Assembly: GCA_913057155.1 (NCBI GenBank)
Contig: CAJXNV010000002.1
Location: 1 to 54,733, forward strand
Direction of reading: 5' to 3'
Origin: an uncultured Actinomycetes bacterium
GTDB lineage: Bacteria; Actinomycetota; Actinomycetes; S36-B12
Length of the DNA stretch: 54,733 nucleotides
Part shown: positions 16,451 to 28,257 of the stretch, piece by piece
How the letters are laid out: every line of letters starts with the position of its first letter
Position numbering within the stretch: position 1 is the stretch's first letter
Notes under the pieces: model-generated
What the model was told of the DNA's origin: nothing
Database searches by the model: none
Seen by the model: only the letters and a program-made list of their open reading frames with translations
Position numbers and translations under genes: made by a program

Positions 16451-18316
16451 CTACTGCTCGGCGAACTGGGTCCGGTACAGGTTCTCGTAGATCCCGCCCC
16501 GCGCGAGCAGATCCTCGTGCGTTCCCCGTTGGACGATGCGCCCACCGGATACGACGAGGATCTGATCGGCCTTGCGGATGGTCGACAGCCGGTGGGCGAT
16601 CACCACGCTCGTTCGCCCTTGCAGGGCCGAATCCAGCGCCTGCTGGACCTTGCGCTCGCTTTCGCTGTCCAGGTGGGCGGTGGCTTCATCGAGGACCACG
16701 ACCCGCGGAGCCTTCAAGAACAACCGGGCCAGGGCCATCCGCTGCTTCTCCCCACCGGAGAGGCGGTAACCGCGGTCACCCACCACGGTGTCCAGACCGT
16801 CGGGCAGCGATTGGATGAAATCCCAGATCTGGGCCGCGTGACACGCCTGCACCAGTTCGGCGTCGGTGGCCTCCGGTCGGGCGTAGCGCAGGTTCTCGGC
16901 GATGGTCTCGTGGAACAGGTGGGCATCCTGCGTCACCACGCCCACCTCGGCTCGGACGTCGCCGGTGGTTACGTCCCGCAGATCCACTCCCCCGATCCGC
17001 ACGGATCCACCGGTGGGGTCGTACATCCGCGACAGCAGCGAGATGATGGTGCTCTTGCCGGCACCGGAAGGCCCGACCAGCGCGGTCAACGTGCCGGGGG
17101 CGGCATCGAAGGTGACGTCGTGCAGCACCTGCTCGCCGGCTCCGGAGATCTCCTCGCGAGCAACCCCCTCCAGGGATACCAACCCGACCTGATCGGCCGT
17201 CGGGTAGGAGAAGTCGACGTGCTCGAAGGCGATGGACAGACCACCGGCTGGGAACGTGCGCGGGTGTTCGGGTTCGGTGACCAGCGGTGGCAGGTCCAGC
17301 ACCTCGAAGACCCGTTCGAAGGACACCAACGCCGTCATGACGTCGACTCGCACATTGCTCAGCGCCGTCAGCGGCCCGTACAACTGCGCCAGCAGAGCGA
17401 CGAGAGCCAACAGTGTCCCGAGGGTGATCGCCCCGTCGATGACCAGGTTGCCGCCGAGACCGTAGGTGACGGCGGTGGCCAGTGCGGCGACCAGCGTCAA
17501 GGCCGTGAAGAACCAACGGTTCGCCATCGCGATGCGGATCCCGATGTCCCGCACGCGCGCGGCGCGACCGGAGAACAGCCCCGCTTCGGATTCCGGGCGC
17601 CCGAAGAGCTTCACCAAGGTGGCGCCGGAGACGTTGAACCGTTCGGTCATCTGTGAGGACATCTCGGCGTTGAGGGTCATCTGCTCTCGGGTCAAGGCCT
17701 GCAATCGGCGACCCATGTAGCGCGCCGGCAGCAAGAACAGCGGTACCAGGATCAATGACACCAACGTGATCTGCCAGGACAACGCGAACATGGTGATCAG
17801 CACGATCGTCACGGAGATCAGGTTCCCTAGGACACCACCGAGCGTGGAGGTGAAGGCCTGTTGCGCACCGATGACGTCGCTGTTGAGACGGGAGATCAGC
17901 GCACCGGTTTGCGTACGGGTGAAGAAGCCGATCGATTGTCGTTGCACGTGGTCGTAGACCTGGGTGCGCAGGTCGAAGATCAAACCCTCACCGATGCGGG
18001 CCGAGAACCACCGGCTCACCAATCCCAAGGCGGCATCGGCGATCGCCAGACCGGCGATCGCGACAGCGGTCCACGTGACGAGGGAAGCGTTGCCAACCGA
18101 GATGCCGTCATCGACGATCCGGCGGAACAACAGCGGCTGCGCCACGCTCAGCAAGGACGTGACGACCAAGGTCAGCAGGAATATCGCGACGATGACGCGA
18201 TAGGGCCGTGCGTACCCCAGGATGCGACGGACGGTGGAGCGCGAGACCTTCTTGCTTTGTACCGAGCGGTCCCGGGTCATCGACTGGTAGGTCTGCCAGA
18301 CCGTCTGCATGCTCAT
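16451..18316 (-). CDS. ABC transporter permease/ATP-binding protein (type I exporter, MsbA-like half transporter)
   Basis: 621 aa with a six-TM N-terminal domain. Walker A GPSGAGKST, signature LSGGEKQR, Walker B VVVLDEATAHLD. The ATG overlaps the upstream stop (ATGA). Confidence 0.9.
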   Translation of the reverse strand: MSMQTVWQTYQSMTRDRSVQSKKVSRSTVRRILGYARPYRVIVAIFLLTLVVTSLLSVAQPLLFRRIVDDGISVGNASLVTWTAVAIAGLAIADAALGLVSRWFSARIGEGLIFDLRTQVYDHVQRQSIGFFTRTQTGALISRLNSDVIGAQQAFTSTLGGVLGNLISVTIVLITMFALSWQITLVSLILVPLFLLPARYMGRRLQALTREQMTLNAEMSSQMTERFNVSGATLVKLFGRPESEAGLFSGRAARVRDIGIRIAMANRWFFTALTLVAALATAVTYGLGGNLVIDGAITLGTLLALVALLAQLYGPLTALSNVRVDVMTALVSFERVFEVLDLPPLVTEPEHPRTFPAGGLSIAFEHVDFSYPTADQVGLVSLEGVAREEISGAGEQVLHDVTFDAAPGTLTALVGPSGAGKSTIISLLSRMYDPTGGSVRIGGVDLRDVTTGDVRAEVGVVTQDAHLFHETIAENLRYARPEATDAELVQACHAAQIWDFIQSLPDGLDTVVGDRGYRLSGGEKQRMALARLFLKAPRVVVLDEATAHLDSESERKVQQALDSALQGRTSVVIAHRLSTIRKADQILVVSGGRIVQRGTHEDLLARGGIYENLYRTQFAEQ

Positions 18317-19110
18317 GATCGCGCCTGGCCGAAGAGCACCCGCAGCCGCTCGACCTGGATCTCACGCTCGGCCTTCCAGGAGTCCCGGTCCGAGGCAACC
18401 TGGCGCAACAGCCGCTTGACGTCGGATACGGCACCGGCATCTATCCCCCGCAGCCGATCGCACACATCGGCCACACCGATGGCGAGATCGTCGTGAAGCG
18501 CATGGACGAGCCCCGCGTCGGCGGCATCGGACGCGGACAGGAAATCGCCGGTCGCACACAGCGCGAAGGTCCGCCGGTAGCCCAGGGCATCGATGAGCGC
18601 GCCGGTACCCCCGAGGTCGGGCACCAGCCCGATCGCCGTCTCACGCAGCGCGAAACGCGCGTTCGGTTCGGCGATCAGGATGTCGCTGGCCAAAGCGAGC
18701 TGGAAGCCCGCACCGATGACGTTGCCCTGCACCGCGGCGATGACCGTCTGCGGGATCTGCTGCCAGGCGCGAAAGCCCTCTTGGGCCGCCTCGATGAAGC
18801 CGGTGGCATCGGCCTGCAGCGCCGCGATCATCCCGTCGGTGCCGGTATCGGCCAGCACTGCGCGATCCAAGCCGGCGGAGAAATCGACACCCGAACCCGT
18901 CAGCAGCACGAATCGCACGTGGGATGGAACACCGCGAGCGATGCTCGCGAGGGTTCGCCACATCTGCGGGGTCTGGGCATTGCGCACCTCCGGCCGGTTC
19001 AAGGTCACCGTGAGGGTGTCCCCGCTCAGCTCGGTGAGTATCTGGTCGGTGAGTATCTGGTCGGTGGATGACTCGCCGGTGGATGCTGCGTGATCCTCAG
19101 CTTCGGTCAT
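18313..19110 (-). CDS. enoyl-CoA hydratase/isomerase family protein (EchA12-like position)
   Basis: Crotonase motifs LTVTLNRPEVRNA, LLTGSGVDFSAGLD, AAVQGNVIGAGFQLALASD. It lies next to an ABC-F gene, as I recall for Rv1472/Rv1473. Confidence 0.85.
   Translation of the reverse strand: MTEAEDHAASTGESSTDQILTDQILTELSGDTLTVTLNRPEVRNAQTPQMWRTLASIARGVPSHVRFVLLTGSGVDFSAGLDRAVLADTGTDGMIAALQADATGFIEAAQEGFRAWQQIPQTVIAAVQGNVIGAGFQLALASDILIAEPNARFALRETAIGLVPDLGGTGALIDALGYRRTFALCATGDFLSASDAADAGLVHALHDDLAIGVADVCDRLRGIDAGAVSDVKRLLRQVASDRDSWKAEREIQVERLRVLFGQARS
19031..19066. repeat. 15-bp in-frame tandem duplication (2.4 copies)
   Basis: TCGGTGAGTATCTGG occurs at 19031-19045 and 19046-19060, then TCGGTG. 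It encodes DQILT-DQILT in the N-terminal tail of the enoyl-CoA hydratase. Confidence 0.9.
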
Positions 19111-19143
19111 GGTGCATACCGCTTCCTGGTCGGGTGCTTCGAT

Positions 19144-20748
19144 CTACGCCAACTCGACGAGATCGACATAGTCCTCGTTCCATAGGTCCTCATCCCCATC
19201 CGGCAGCAGCACGACCCGCTCGGGTTCGAGAGCCTGTACTGCCCCGGGGTCGTGGCTGACGAGCACGACCGCTCCCTCGTAGCTGCGCAGCGCGGTGAGC
19301 ACCTCGCCCCGCGATGCCGGATCCAAGTTGTTGGTTGGCTCATCGAGTAGCAGCACGTTGGCACCCGAGACGACCAAGCAGGCCAACGACAACCGGGTCT
19401 TCTCACCGCCCGAGAGTACGCCCGTGGGCTTGTGCACGCTGTCGCCCTCGAACAGGAAGGATCCCAGGACGGTGCGGCGCCGAGTGTCGTCGAGATCGGG
19501 TGCCGCGCTGGCCAACGTCTCGCCGACGGTCGCGGTGGGATCGAGCGTTTCGTGCTCCTGGGCGTAGTAGCCCACGACCGCACCGTGCCCGCGTTCCACG
19601 ACGCCGGTGTCGGGTGAGTCAACTCCGGCAAGGATGCGCAGCAGGGTCGTCTTCCCCGCGCCGTTCAAGCCCAGGATCATCACGCGCGATCCGCGATCCA
19701 CCGCGAGGTCGATGTCGGTGAACACCTCCAAGCTGCCGTAGGACCGGGACAGGCCCGAGGCGGTCAGGGGAACCTTGCCGCAAGCCCGCGGTTCCGGGAA
19801 TCGCAGTTTCGCGACCTTGTCGCTCACTCGCTCACCTTCGGAGTCGGCGAGTAGGCGGTCGGCTCTTTTGAGCATGCTCTGCGCAGCCTTGGCCTTCGTC
19901 GCCTTGGCCCGCATCTTGTCGGCTTGGGCCCGAAGGGCGCTGGCCTGCTGCTCGGCGTTGCGGCGTTCGCGACGACGACGACGCTCGTCGACCTCACGTG
20001 CTTCCAGATAGGCATCCCAGCCCATCGAGTACTGATCGATCACCTGCCGATTCGCGTCGAGGTGCCAGACCTTGCCGATGGTGTCCGCGAGTAGATCGAC
20101 ATCGTGGCTGATCACCACGAAGCCCCCGGGATAGGAACGCAGGAACTCCCTGAGCCATCGGATGGAATCGGCATCCAGATGGTTCGTAGGTTCGTCCAGC
20201 AACAGGACATCCGCACCGGCGAACAGGATGCGCGCCAACTCCACGCGTCGACGCTGCCCACCGGACAAGGTGCCGAGTTCGGCCGACAGCACCCGATCGG
20301 GAAGTCCCAGAGCCGCTGCGATGCTCGCCGCCTCCGACTCGGCCGCGTATCCACCGAGGTTCAAGAACTCGGTCTCAGCGCGCGCATAACGGGAAGCGAC
20401 CGTCTCCCACTCCGGGGTGTCCTCGCGGGTGGCGGTCATCGCCTCGGTGGCGCGATGCAGCCGGCGGGTGGCTTCGGCCAGGCCCCGGGCACCGAGGATC
20501 CGGTCCAAGGCCGACTCGCTGGACAGCGCTGCACGCGGGTCTTGCGGCAGGTACCCGACCGAGCCGCGGGTAGTGACCGTCCCGGCCGCCGGTGTGCCTT
20601 CCCCGGACAGGGTGCGCATCAAGGTCGTCTTGCCCGCACCGTTGCGCCCGACCAGCCCGATCCGATCCCCCTGGCCGACCCGCAGTGAGTCGACCGTGAG
20701 CAGTAGCTCGGAGCCCGCCCGAAGTTCGATGTCGGTCGCGGAGATCAT
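19144..20748 (-). CDS. ABC-F family ATP-binding cassette protein (two NBDs, no TMD)
   Basis: Two Walker A motifs (GRNGAGKTT, GLNGAGKTT) and two signatures (LSGGQRRR, LSGGEKTR). An Arg/Glu-rich interdomain linker (EVDERRRRRERRNAEQQ) is present. Confidence 0.9.
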   Translation of the reverse strand: MISATDIELRAGSELLLTVDSLRVGQGDRIGLVGRNGAGKTTLMRTLSGEGTPAAGTVTTRGSVGYLPQDPRAALSSESALDRILGARGLAEATRRLHRATEAMTATREDTPEWETVASRYARAETEFLNLGGYAAESEAASIAAALGLPDRVLSAELGTLSGGQRRRVELARILFAGADVLLLDEPTNHLDADSIRWLREFLRSYPGGFVVISHDVDLLADTIGKVWHLDANRQVIDQYSMGWDAYLEAREVDERRRRRERRNAEQQASALRAQADKMRAKATKAKAAQSMLKRADRLLADSEGERVSDKVAKLRFPEPRACGKVPLTASGLSRSYGSLEVFTDIDLAVDRGSRVMILGLNGAGKTTLLRILAGVDSPDTGVVERGHGAVVGYYAQEHETLDPTATVGETLASAAPDLDDTRRRTVLGSFLFEGDSVHKPTGVLSGGEKTRLSLACLVVSGANVLLLDEPTNNLDPASRGEVLTALRSYEGAVVLVSHDPGAVQALEPERVVLLPDGDEDLWNEDYVDLVELA

Positions 20749-20795
20749 GGCCCGCGCATCCTACGCACGGACCTAGCGTGGAACGAAAAGCAAGT

Positions 20796-21116
20796 TCAGA
20801 CGTTGAAGCCCAAGCTGCGCAGCATCTCCCGACCGTCGTCGGTGATCTTGTCCGGGCCCCACGGCGGCATCCACACCCAGTTGATGCGGAAGTCGTCCAC
20901 GACCTCGAGTAGCGCCGCTCGGGTCTGGTCCTCGATCACGTCCGTCAGGGGGCAGGCCGCCGAGGTGAGGGTCATGTCGATCGTGGCGATGTTGCCTTCC
21001 TCGACGGATACGCCGTACACGAGTCCGAGGTCGACCACGTTGATGCCGAGTTCGGGATCCACCACATCCTTCATCGCCTCGATGACGTCGTCTTCCTTAG
21101 CAACAGTCGATTCCAT
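20796..21116 (-). CDS. sufT: Fe-S cluster assembly protein SufT (DUF59/MIP18 family)
   Basis: 106 aa. VVDPELGINVVDLGLVY...TLTSAACPL is the DUF59 signature with the conserved Cys. It is the last gene of the suf operon. Confidence 0.88.
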   Translation of the reverse strand: MESTVAKEDDVIEAMKDVVDPELGINVVDLGLVYGVSVEEGNIATIDMTLTSAACPLTDVIEDQTRAALLEVVDDFRINWVWMPPWGPDKITDDGREMLRSLGFNV

Positions 21117-21127
21117 GTCGCACCTGC

Positions 21128-21157
21128 CCTTCTAACCTTCTGGCCTTCTAACCTTCT
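21128..21157. repeat. 14-bp exact direct repeat with 16-bp period in the sufU-sufT spacer
   Basis: CCTTCTAACCTTCT occurs at 21128-21141 and 21144-21157. On the coding (-) strand each copy reads AGAAGGTTAGAAGG, i.e. two SD-like GAAGG motifs per copy. Confidence 0.9.
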
Positions 21158-21164
21158 CGCTTGT

Positions 21165-23658
<2,494 letters not shown>

Positions 23659-23679
23659 GTTCGGTCCTTCGTCTCGGGC

Positions 23680-24021
23680 TTAGCTGGTTTGCGGGTTGGG
23701 ATCGATGAGGATGCGGGCGTCGTCCCCGTCACCTTCGATGACGACCCGGTAAGTGGGTACCGGGGTGATCGCCGGGGGGCTTAGCGGCTGCCCGGTGCGC
23801 AGATCGAACTGCGAGCCGTGCAACCAGCACTCCAAAGCGCACCCTTCGACCTCACCTTCGGAGAGATCTACGTCCGCGTGCGAGCACTGGTTACCGATGG
23901 CGAAGATGCCTTCCTCGCATCGCACGAGGGCGACGGCCTGGCCACCGACATCCACCTTGCTGGCGGTGTCCATCTCGAGTTCGCCGACCGTGCCGACGTC
24001 GATGAGGGTGTCGTTGCTCAC
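23680..24021 (-). CDS. Rieske [2Fe-2S] ferredoxin-like protein embedded in the suf operon
   Basis: 113 aa with Rieske ligand motifs CSHADVDL (C-x-H) and CWLHGSQF (C-x2-H). The GTG start overlaps the sufD stop (GTGA). Confidence 0.85.
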   Translation of the reverse strand: MSNDTLIDVGTVGELEMDTASKVDVGGQAVALVRCEEGIFAIGNQCSHADVDLSEGEVEGCALECWLHGSQFDLRTGQPLSPPAITPVPTYRVVIEGDGDDARILIDPNPQTS

Positions 24022-25190
24022 GCGCTGACCTCCAGGGCTTCCATGCCGATGCGCTCCTCGATCCGACGCAGGACATCCGCGCGCAGGGTTTCGTCTGCGA
24101 CCTTGTCGAGTACGTCGACGAAGAATCCCCGCACCACCAGCTGGCGTGCCAGCGCTTCGGGGATACCCCGTGATTGCAGATAGAACAACTGCTCATCGTC
24201 GAATCGACCCGTGGCACTGGCGTGGCCGGCGCCGACGACATCGCCGGTCTCCAACTCCAAGTTCGGAACCGAATCCGCACGCGGGCCGTCCTCGAGCAGC
24301 AGGTTGCGGTTCATCTCGTAGGTCTCGATACCGACCGCCTCCCGCCGCACGAGCACATCACCGATCCATACGGTGTGCGTATCGCTACCGGCGAGTGCGC
24401 CCTTGAAGACGACATTGCTCGTGCAATGCGGCTCGTTGTGATCGACCAACAAGCGGAATTCCTGGAATTGACCGTCGGTTGCCAGGAAGGCTCCGAGCAT
24501 CTCACCGGATCCACCCGGGCCTGCGTAGCGCACCGACGGCACCAGGCGGACGAAGCTTCCACCGAGCGTGATCGTCAAGCCCAGGAAGGTCGCATCGCGA
24601 CCGACCGTCGCGGCCCACTGCCAGGCATGTCGACTCATCCGCGGACCGTCGTACATGTTCAGCACCGTCAAGTTGGCTTGATCGGACACGTTGGTGACGA
24701 TCACGCCGTTGGCGTCGGCCGTCATGTCGTGCCGCAAGACCACGGTGGCCTTGGAGAAGGGCCCCGCCTCGATCTCGATGCGGGCGTAGTTCGCCTCACC
24801 GCCGGCCTGCAGGTCGACGACGATGACATCGGCCACTTCCCGCTCGGCGGGGATGGAGACCGCGACGACCTGCGCAGCGTTGCTTCGTGCTACCGCCGAT
24901 GGCCGGTCGGTCGCCTGCCATCCGGCAGCCTGCTCGACTGCACTGGCGGCACTTGCTCCGCTGGGATCGTCGACCTCGCGGATGGAGACGAACTCCTCGG
25001 CCCCTTCCCCGCATTCGGCTCCGATGCTGGCCCAGGCCTGGGCTTCGAAGAAATCGGCGATCCGCGCGATCGGCGTGAATCGCCACTCCTCCTCCCGGCC
25101 ATTGGGCACTTCGTGCGCATCGGGATCGTTCGAGCGGATCCGCGGCGCGAGGTCCGACGGCGGATCGGTGAGCGCTGTGGTCGTGCTCAA
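24018..25190 (-). CDS. sufD: Fe-S cluster assembly protein SufD
   Basis: The track ORF N-terminus overlaps sufB, so I trimmed to TTG at 25188-25190 (TTGA overlap with the sufB stop). EEWRFTP near the N-terminus and the C-terminal [21 protein letters not shown] are typical SufD features. Confidence 0.86.
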   Translation of the reverse strand: MSTTTALTDPPSDLAPRIRSNDPDAHEVPNGREEEWRFTPIARIADFFEAQAWASIGAECGEGAEEFVSIREVDDPSGASAASAVEQAAGWQATDRPSAVARSNAAQVVAVSIPAEREVADVIVVDLQAGGEANYARIEIEAGPFSKATVVLRHDMTADANGVIVTNVSDQANLTVLNMYDGPRMSRHAWQWAATVGRDATFLGLTITLGGSFVRLVPSVRYAGPGGSGEMLGAFLATDGQFQEFRLLVDHNEPHCTSNVVFKGALAGSDTHTVWIGDVLVRREAVGIETYEMNRNLLLEDGPRADSVPNLELETGDVVGAGHASATGRFDDEQLFYLQSRGIPEALARQLVVRGFFVDVLDKVADETLRADVLRRIEERIGMEALEVSA

Positions 25191-26608
25191 CCCACCGCTC
25201 CTTCCATCTGCAACTCGATCAGCCGGTTCAGCTCGAGCGCGTATTCCATGGGCAGTTCGCGCGCGATCGGCTCGACGAACCCGCGGACGATCATCGCCAT
25301 GGCTTCGTCCTCGTCCATGCCACGCGACATCAGGTAGAACAGCTGGTCCTCGCTCACCTTGGACACGGTGGCCTCGTGACCCATGGCTACGTCGTCCTCG
25401 CGGACATCGACGTACGGATAGGTATCCGAGCGCGAGATGTCGTCGACGAGGAGGGCATCGCACTTGACCGTGCTCTTGGAGTGGTGCGCGCCTTCTTGCA
25501 CCTGGACCAAGCCACGGTAGGAAGTGCGGCCCCCACCGCGCGCGACGGACTTGGAGATGATCGACGACGACGTGTACGGCGCCGCGTGCACCATCTTCGC
25601 GCCCGCGTCCTGGTGCTGCCTCTCGCCCGCGAACGCCACCGAGAGGGTCTCGCCCTTGGCGTGCTCACCGGTCATCCACACCGCCGGGTACTTCATGGTC
25701 ACCTTGGATCCGAGGTTGCCGTCGATCCATTCCATGGTGGCGCCTTCGTGCGCGATGGCACGCTTGGTGACGAGGTTGTAGACGTTCGTCGACCAGTTCT
25801 GGATGGTGGTGTACCGGCAGCGAGCGCCCTTCTTGACGATGATCTCCACGACCGCCGAGTGCAGCGAATCGGAGGAGTAGATCGGCGCGGTGCACCCTTC
25901 GACGTAGTGCACGTAGGCGTCTTCGTCGACGATGATCAAGGTGCGTTCGAACTGACCCATGTTCTCGGTGTTGATGCGGAAGTACGCCTGCAGCGGGATC
26001 TCCACATGGACGCCCTTGGGCACGTAGATGAACGAACCACCGGACCACACCGAGGTGTTCAACGCCGCGAACTTGTTGTCGCCCACGGGTATGACCGACC
26101 CGAAGTACTCGCGGAACAGGTCCTCGTGCTCGCGCAGCGCGGTGTCGGTGTCCAAGAACAGCACGCCCTGCTCCTCGAGATCCTCGCGGATCTGGTGGTA
26201 CACGACCTCGGACTCGTACTGCGCGGCCACACCGGCGATGAGCCGCTGCTTCTCGGCCTCGGGGATGCCGAGCTTGTCGTAGGTGTTCTTGATGTCCTCG
26301 GGCAGTTCATCCCAACTCGTGGCCTGCTTCTCGGTCGATCGCACGAAGTACTTGATGTTGTCGAAGTCGATATCGCCGAGGTAGGAACCCCAGGTCGGCA
26401 TCGGCTTCTTGTCGAACAGCCGCAGGCCCTTGAGCCGAAGGTCGAGCATCCATTCCGGCTCGCCCTTCTTGGCGGAGATATCGCGCACCACTTCCTCGCT
26501 GAGGCCGCGACGCGCTGCCGCACCGGCGGCATCGGCGTCATGCCAGCCGTACTCGTACTTCCCGAGTTCGGCGATAGTTGCTGCCTGCTCGTCGGCTGTC
26601 GTACTCAT
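25187..26608 (-). CDS. sufB: Fe-S cluster assembly protein SufB
   Basis: I prefer the ATG at 26608 (SD AAGGAAAGG upstream). KYEYGW, highly conserved core, C-terminal [21 protein letters not shown]. Confidence 0.96.
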   Translation of the reverse strand: MSTTADEQAATIAELGKYEYGWHDADAAGAAARRGLSEEVVRDISAKKGEPEWMLDLRLKGLRLFDKKPMPTWGSYLGDIDFDNIKYFVRSTEKQATSWDELPEDIKNTYDKLGIPEAEKQRLIAGVAAQYESEVVYHQIREDLEEQGVLFLDTDTALREHEDLFREYFGSVIPVGDNKFAALNTSVWSGGSFIYVPKGVHVEIPLQAYFRINTENMGQFERTLIIVDEDAYVHYVEGCTAPIYSSDSLHSAVVEIIVKKGARCRYTTIQNWSTNVYNLVTKRAIAHEGATMEWIDGNLGSKVTMKYPAVWMTGEHAKGETLSVAFAGERQHQDAGAKMVHAAPYTSSSIISKSVARGGGRTSYRGLVQVQEGAHHSKSTVKCDALLVDDISRSDTYPYVDVREDDVAMGHEATVSKVSEDQLFYLMSRGMDEDEAMAMIVRGFVEPIARELPMEYALELNRLIELQMEGAVG

Positions 26609-26618
26609 GACGTCACCT

Positions 26619-27257
26619 TTACCTTTCCTTCGTGTCGGGTACGAGGGTCGTGCAGATTCCATCTCCGTGCGCGAGGGTCGCGAGCCGGGTCACGTGCGTG
26701 CCGAGCGCATGTCCGAGCGCTTCGGTCTCGGCTTCGCACAACTCCGGGAACTCCCCCGCTGCTTCCACCACGGGGCAGTGATGCTGGCACAGTTGCGCGC
26801 CGCCCGCAGCGAGGGGCTCGACGCTGGCAGCGAAGCCCTGCTCGGTGAGCCGGTCGGCGACCTCCTCGACGTCCAGCGAGCCCGCGGGGGCTGCCGCATG
26901 GACGATCCGGCGCGCACGCTGGGCGGCGAAGTCCGCCACGGCCTCCCGGCCGTCGCGCTCGGCCAGGAAGCGCAGGGCCTCCAGGGCCAAGGTGTCGTAG
27001 TCCTGGTCGCAGGCGGCGCGGCCTTCGTCGGTCAGTGTGAACACGGCGCTGGGTCGGCCCCGGCCTCGGGCGGGCCCCGGACCGTACGGTGAGCGCTCGC
27101 GGGCCTGAACCAAGCCGGCCTCGCTCAGTGCTCGAAGCGGACGGCGAACCGCGGTGGCCGACGTGCCCAGCGCCTCGGCCAGCCCGGCCGCGGTAGACGG
27201 GCCGCGCTCGGCCAGCGCGCGCGCCACCCGCTCAGCGGCCTCGGTCGGGAATTTCAC
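26619..27257 (-). CDS. sufR: SufR-type winged-helix transcriptional regulator of the suf operon
   Basis: N-terminal wHTH ([33 protein letters not shown]). Four C-terminal cysteines (LCQHHCP, ELCEAE, GICTT) are compatible with an Fe-S sensor. It is the first gene of the suf operon, 10 nt before sufB. GTG start. Confidence 0.8.
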   Translation of the reverse strand: MKFPTEAAERVARALAERGPSTAAGLAEALGTSATAVRRPLRALSEAGLVQARERSPYGPGPARGRGRPSAVFTLTDEGRAACDQDYDTLALEALRFLAERDGREAVADFAAQRARRIVHAAAPAGSLDVEEVADRLTEQGFAASVEPLAAGGAQLCQHHCPVVEAAGEFPELCEAETEALGHALGTHVTRLATLAHGDGICTTLVPDTKER

Positions 27258-27270
27258 AACACTATTGTTG
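27257..27270. promoter_or_regulatory. CAAC-N6-GTTG palindrome (candidate SufR operator)
   Basis: CAACACTATTGTTG abuts and overlaps the first base of the sufR GTG. As I recall, the half-site pattern equals the CAAC-N6-GTTG site reported for cyanobacterial SufR. Confidence 0.4.
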
Positions 27271-27291
27271 CGTAAATCGCAGGCAGTGCAA
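27264..27291 (-). promoter_or_regulatory. putative leaderless sufR promoter
   Basis: The - strand reads TTGCAC (27291-27286), 16 nt, AACAAT (27269-27264), 6 nt, then the GTG at 27257. There is no SD. The -10 lies inside the palindrome. Confidence 0.3.
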
Positions 27292-27306
27292 GTCAGGAGG
27301 GCGACC

Positions 27307-27312
27307 TAGACT
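27307..27312 (+). promoter_or_regulatory. putative -10 element (TAGACT) of a leaderless transcript
   Basis: TAGACT, then CGCGCG (6 nt), then the GTG at 27319. Confidence 0.3.
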
Positions 27313-27318
27313 CGCGCG

Positions 27319-28257
27319 GTGCCCGAACCGAGCCTGCTCCACGCCGCCGGCCTGGCGATGAGCTACCCCGGGAAACCACCCGTCGTCGCCCTCGACGGCT
27401 TGGATCTCGAAGTCCCCGGGGCCGGCATAACCTGCCTGCTCGGCGCGAACGGCGCGGGCAAGACCTCGCTACTGGAGGCAGCGAGCGGTCTGCGCGCGGG
27501 CACCTCGGGTCGGCTCACGGTGCTCGGCGAGCCCCCCGGCAGTGCCGCCAACCGCTCGCGTCTGGGGGTCATGCTGCAAGACGGCGGGCTACCCGGCAGC
27601 GCCCGCCCCCGCGAATTCCTGGAGTACGTGGCGCGGCTGTACCCCCGACCACGGTCGGTTGCCGAAGTGATCGACCTCGTCGATATCGCCGATTGCGCGA
27701 GCACTCCCATCCGGCGGCTCTCCGGAGGTCAGGCCCGGCGGGTCGCCTGGGCGGCCGCGATGATCGGCAACCCCGTCGCGGTGCTGCTCGACGAACCCAC
27801 CGCTGCCCTGGATCCGGTAGCCCGTTCGCGCCTGCACGAAGCACTAGCCGCGGAGAGCGGTCGCGGTACCGCCATGCTGATCGCGACCCACTTGGTCGAG
27901 GACGTCTCCGCGCTGGCCGACTACGTCTGCGTCCTGCGCGATGGTCGACTGGCCCTGGCCGGCACCCCCGAGGAACTGCGCCCCCGCGGCCGTATCGACC
28001 TCCGCGCGCCGGCGCACCTGCGACCCGACGGCTTGCTGGACGCGCTGCCGTCCGGCTCGACGATCGAGGAAGCACGCCCCGGGCATTACATAGTGCGCAC
28101 GCCGCAGGACGTCGACCCCGCGATAGTGGGAACCGTCACCTCCTGGTGCGCTCAGCACGCGGCGACTCCCGATGTAGCGGTGGCGGACCTCGGCGCGGCG
28201 CTGTACGAGGCGATCGCCGGCGAACCGCCCATCGGAGCGCGGGGGGTCGAGCGATGA
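27319..28257 (+). CDS. ABC transporter ATP-binding protein (ABC-2/DrrA-like, Rv1458c-like position)
   Basis: Walker A GANGAGKTS, signature LSGGQARR, Walker B LLDEPTAALD. It is divergent from sufR and upstream of an ABC-2 permease and ctaA. Confidence 0.9.
   Translation: MPEPSLLHAAGLAMSYPGKPPVVALDGLDLEVPGAGITCLLGANGAGKTSLLEAASGLRAGTSGRLTVLGEPPGSAANRSRLGVMLQDGGLPGSARPREFLEYVARLYPRPRSVAEVIDLVDIADCASTPIRRLSGGQARRVAWAAAMIGNPVAVLLDEPTAALDPVARSRLHEALAAESGRGTAMLIATHLVEDVSALADYVCVLRDGRLALAGTPEELRPRGRIDLRAPAHLRPDGLLDALPSGSTIEEARPGHYIVRTPQDVDPAIVGTVTSWCAQHAATPDVAVADLGAALYEAIAGEPPIGARGVER

Noticed and set aside
25376-26848. 490-aa + strand ORF antisense to sufB/sufR
   Set aside because: It overlaps two well-supported genes. 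The product is Arg/Gly/Val-rich with no domain signatures.
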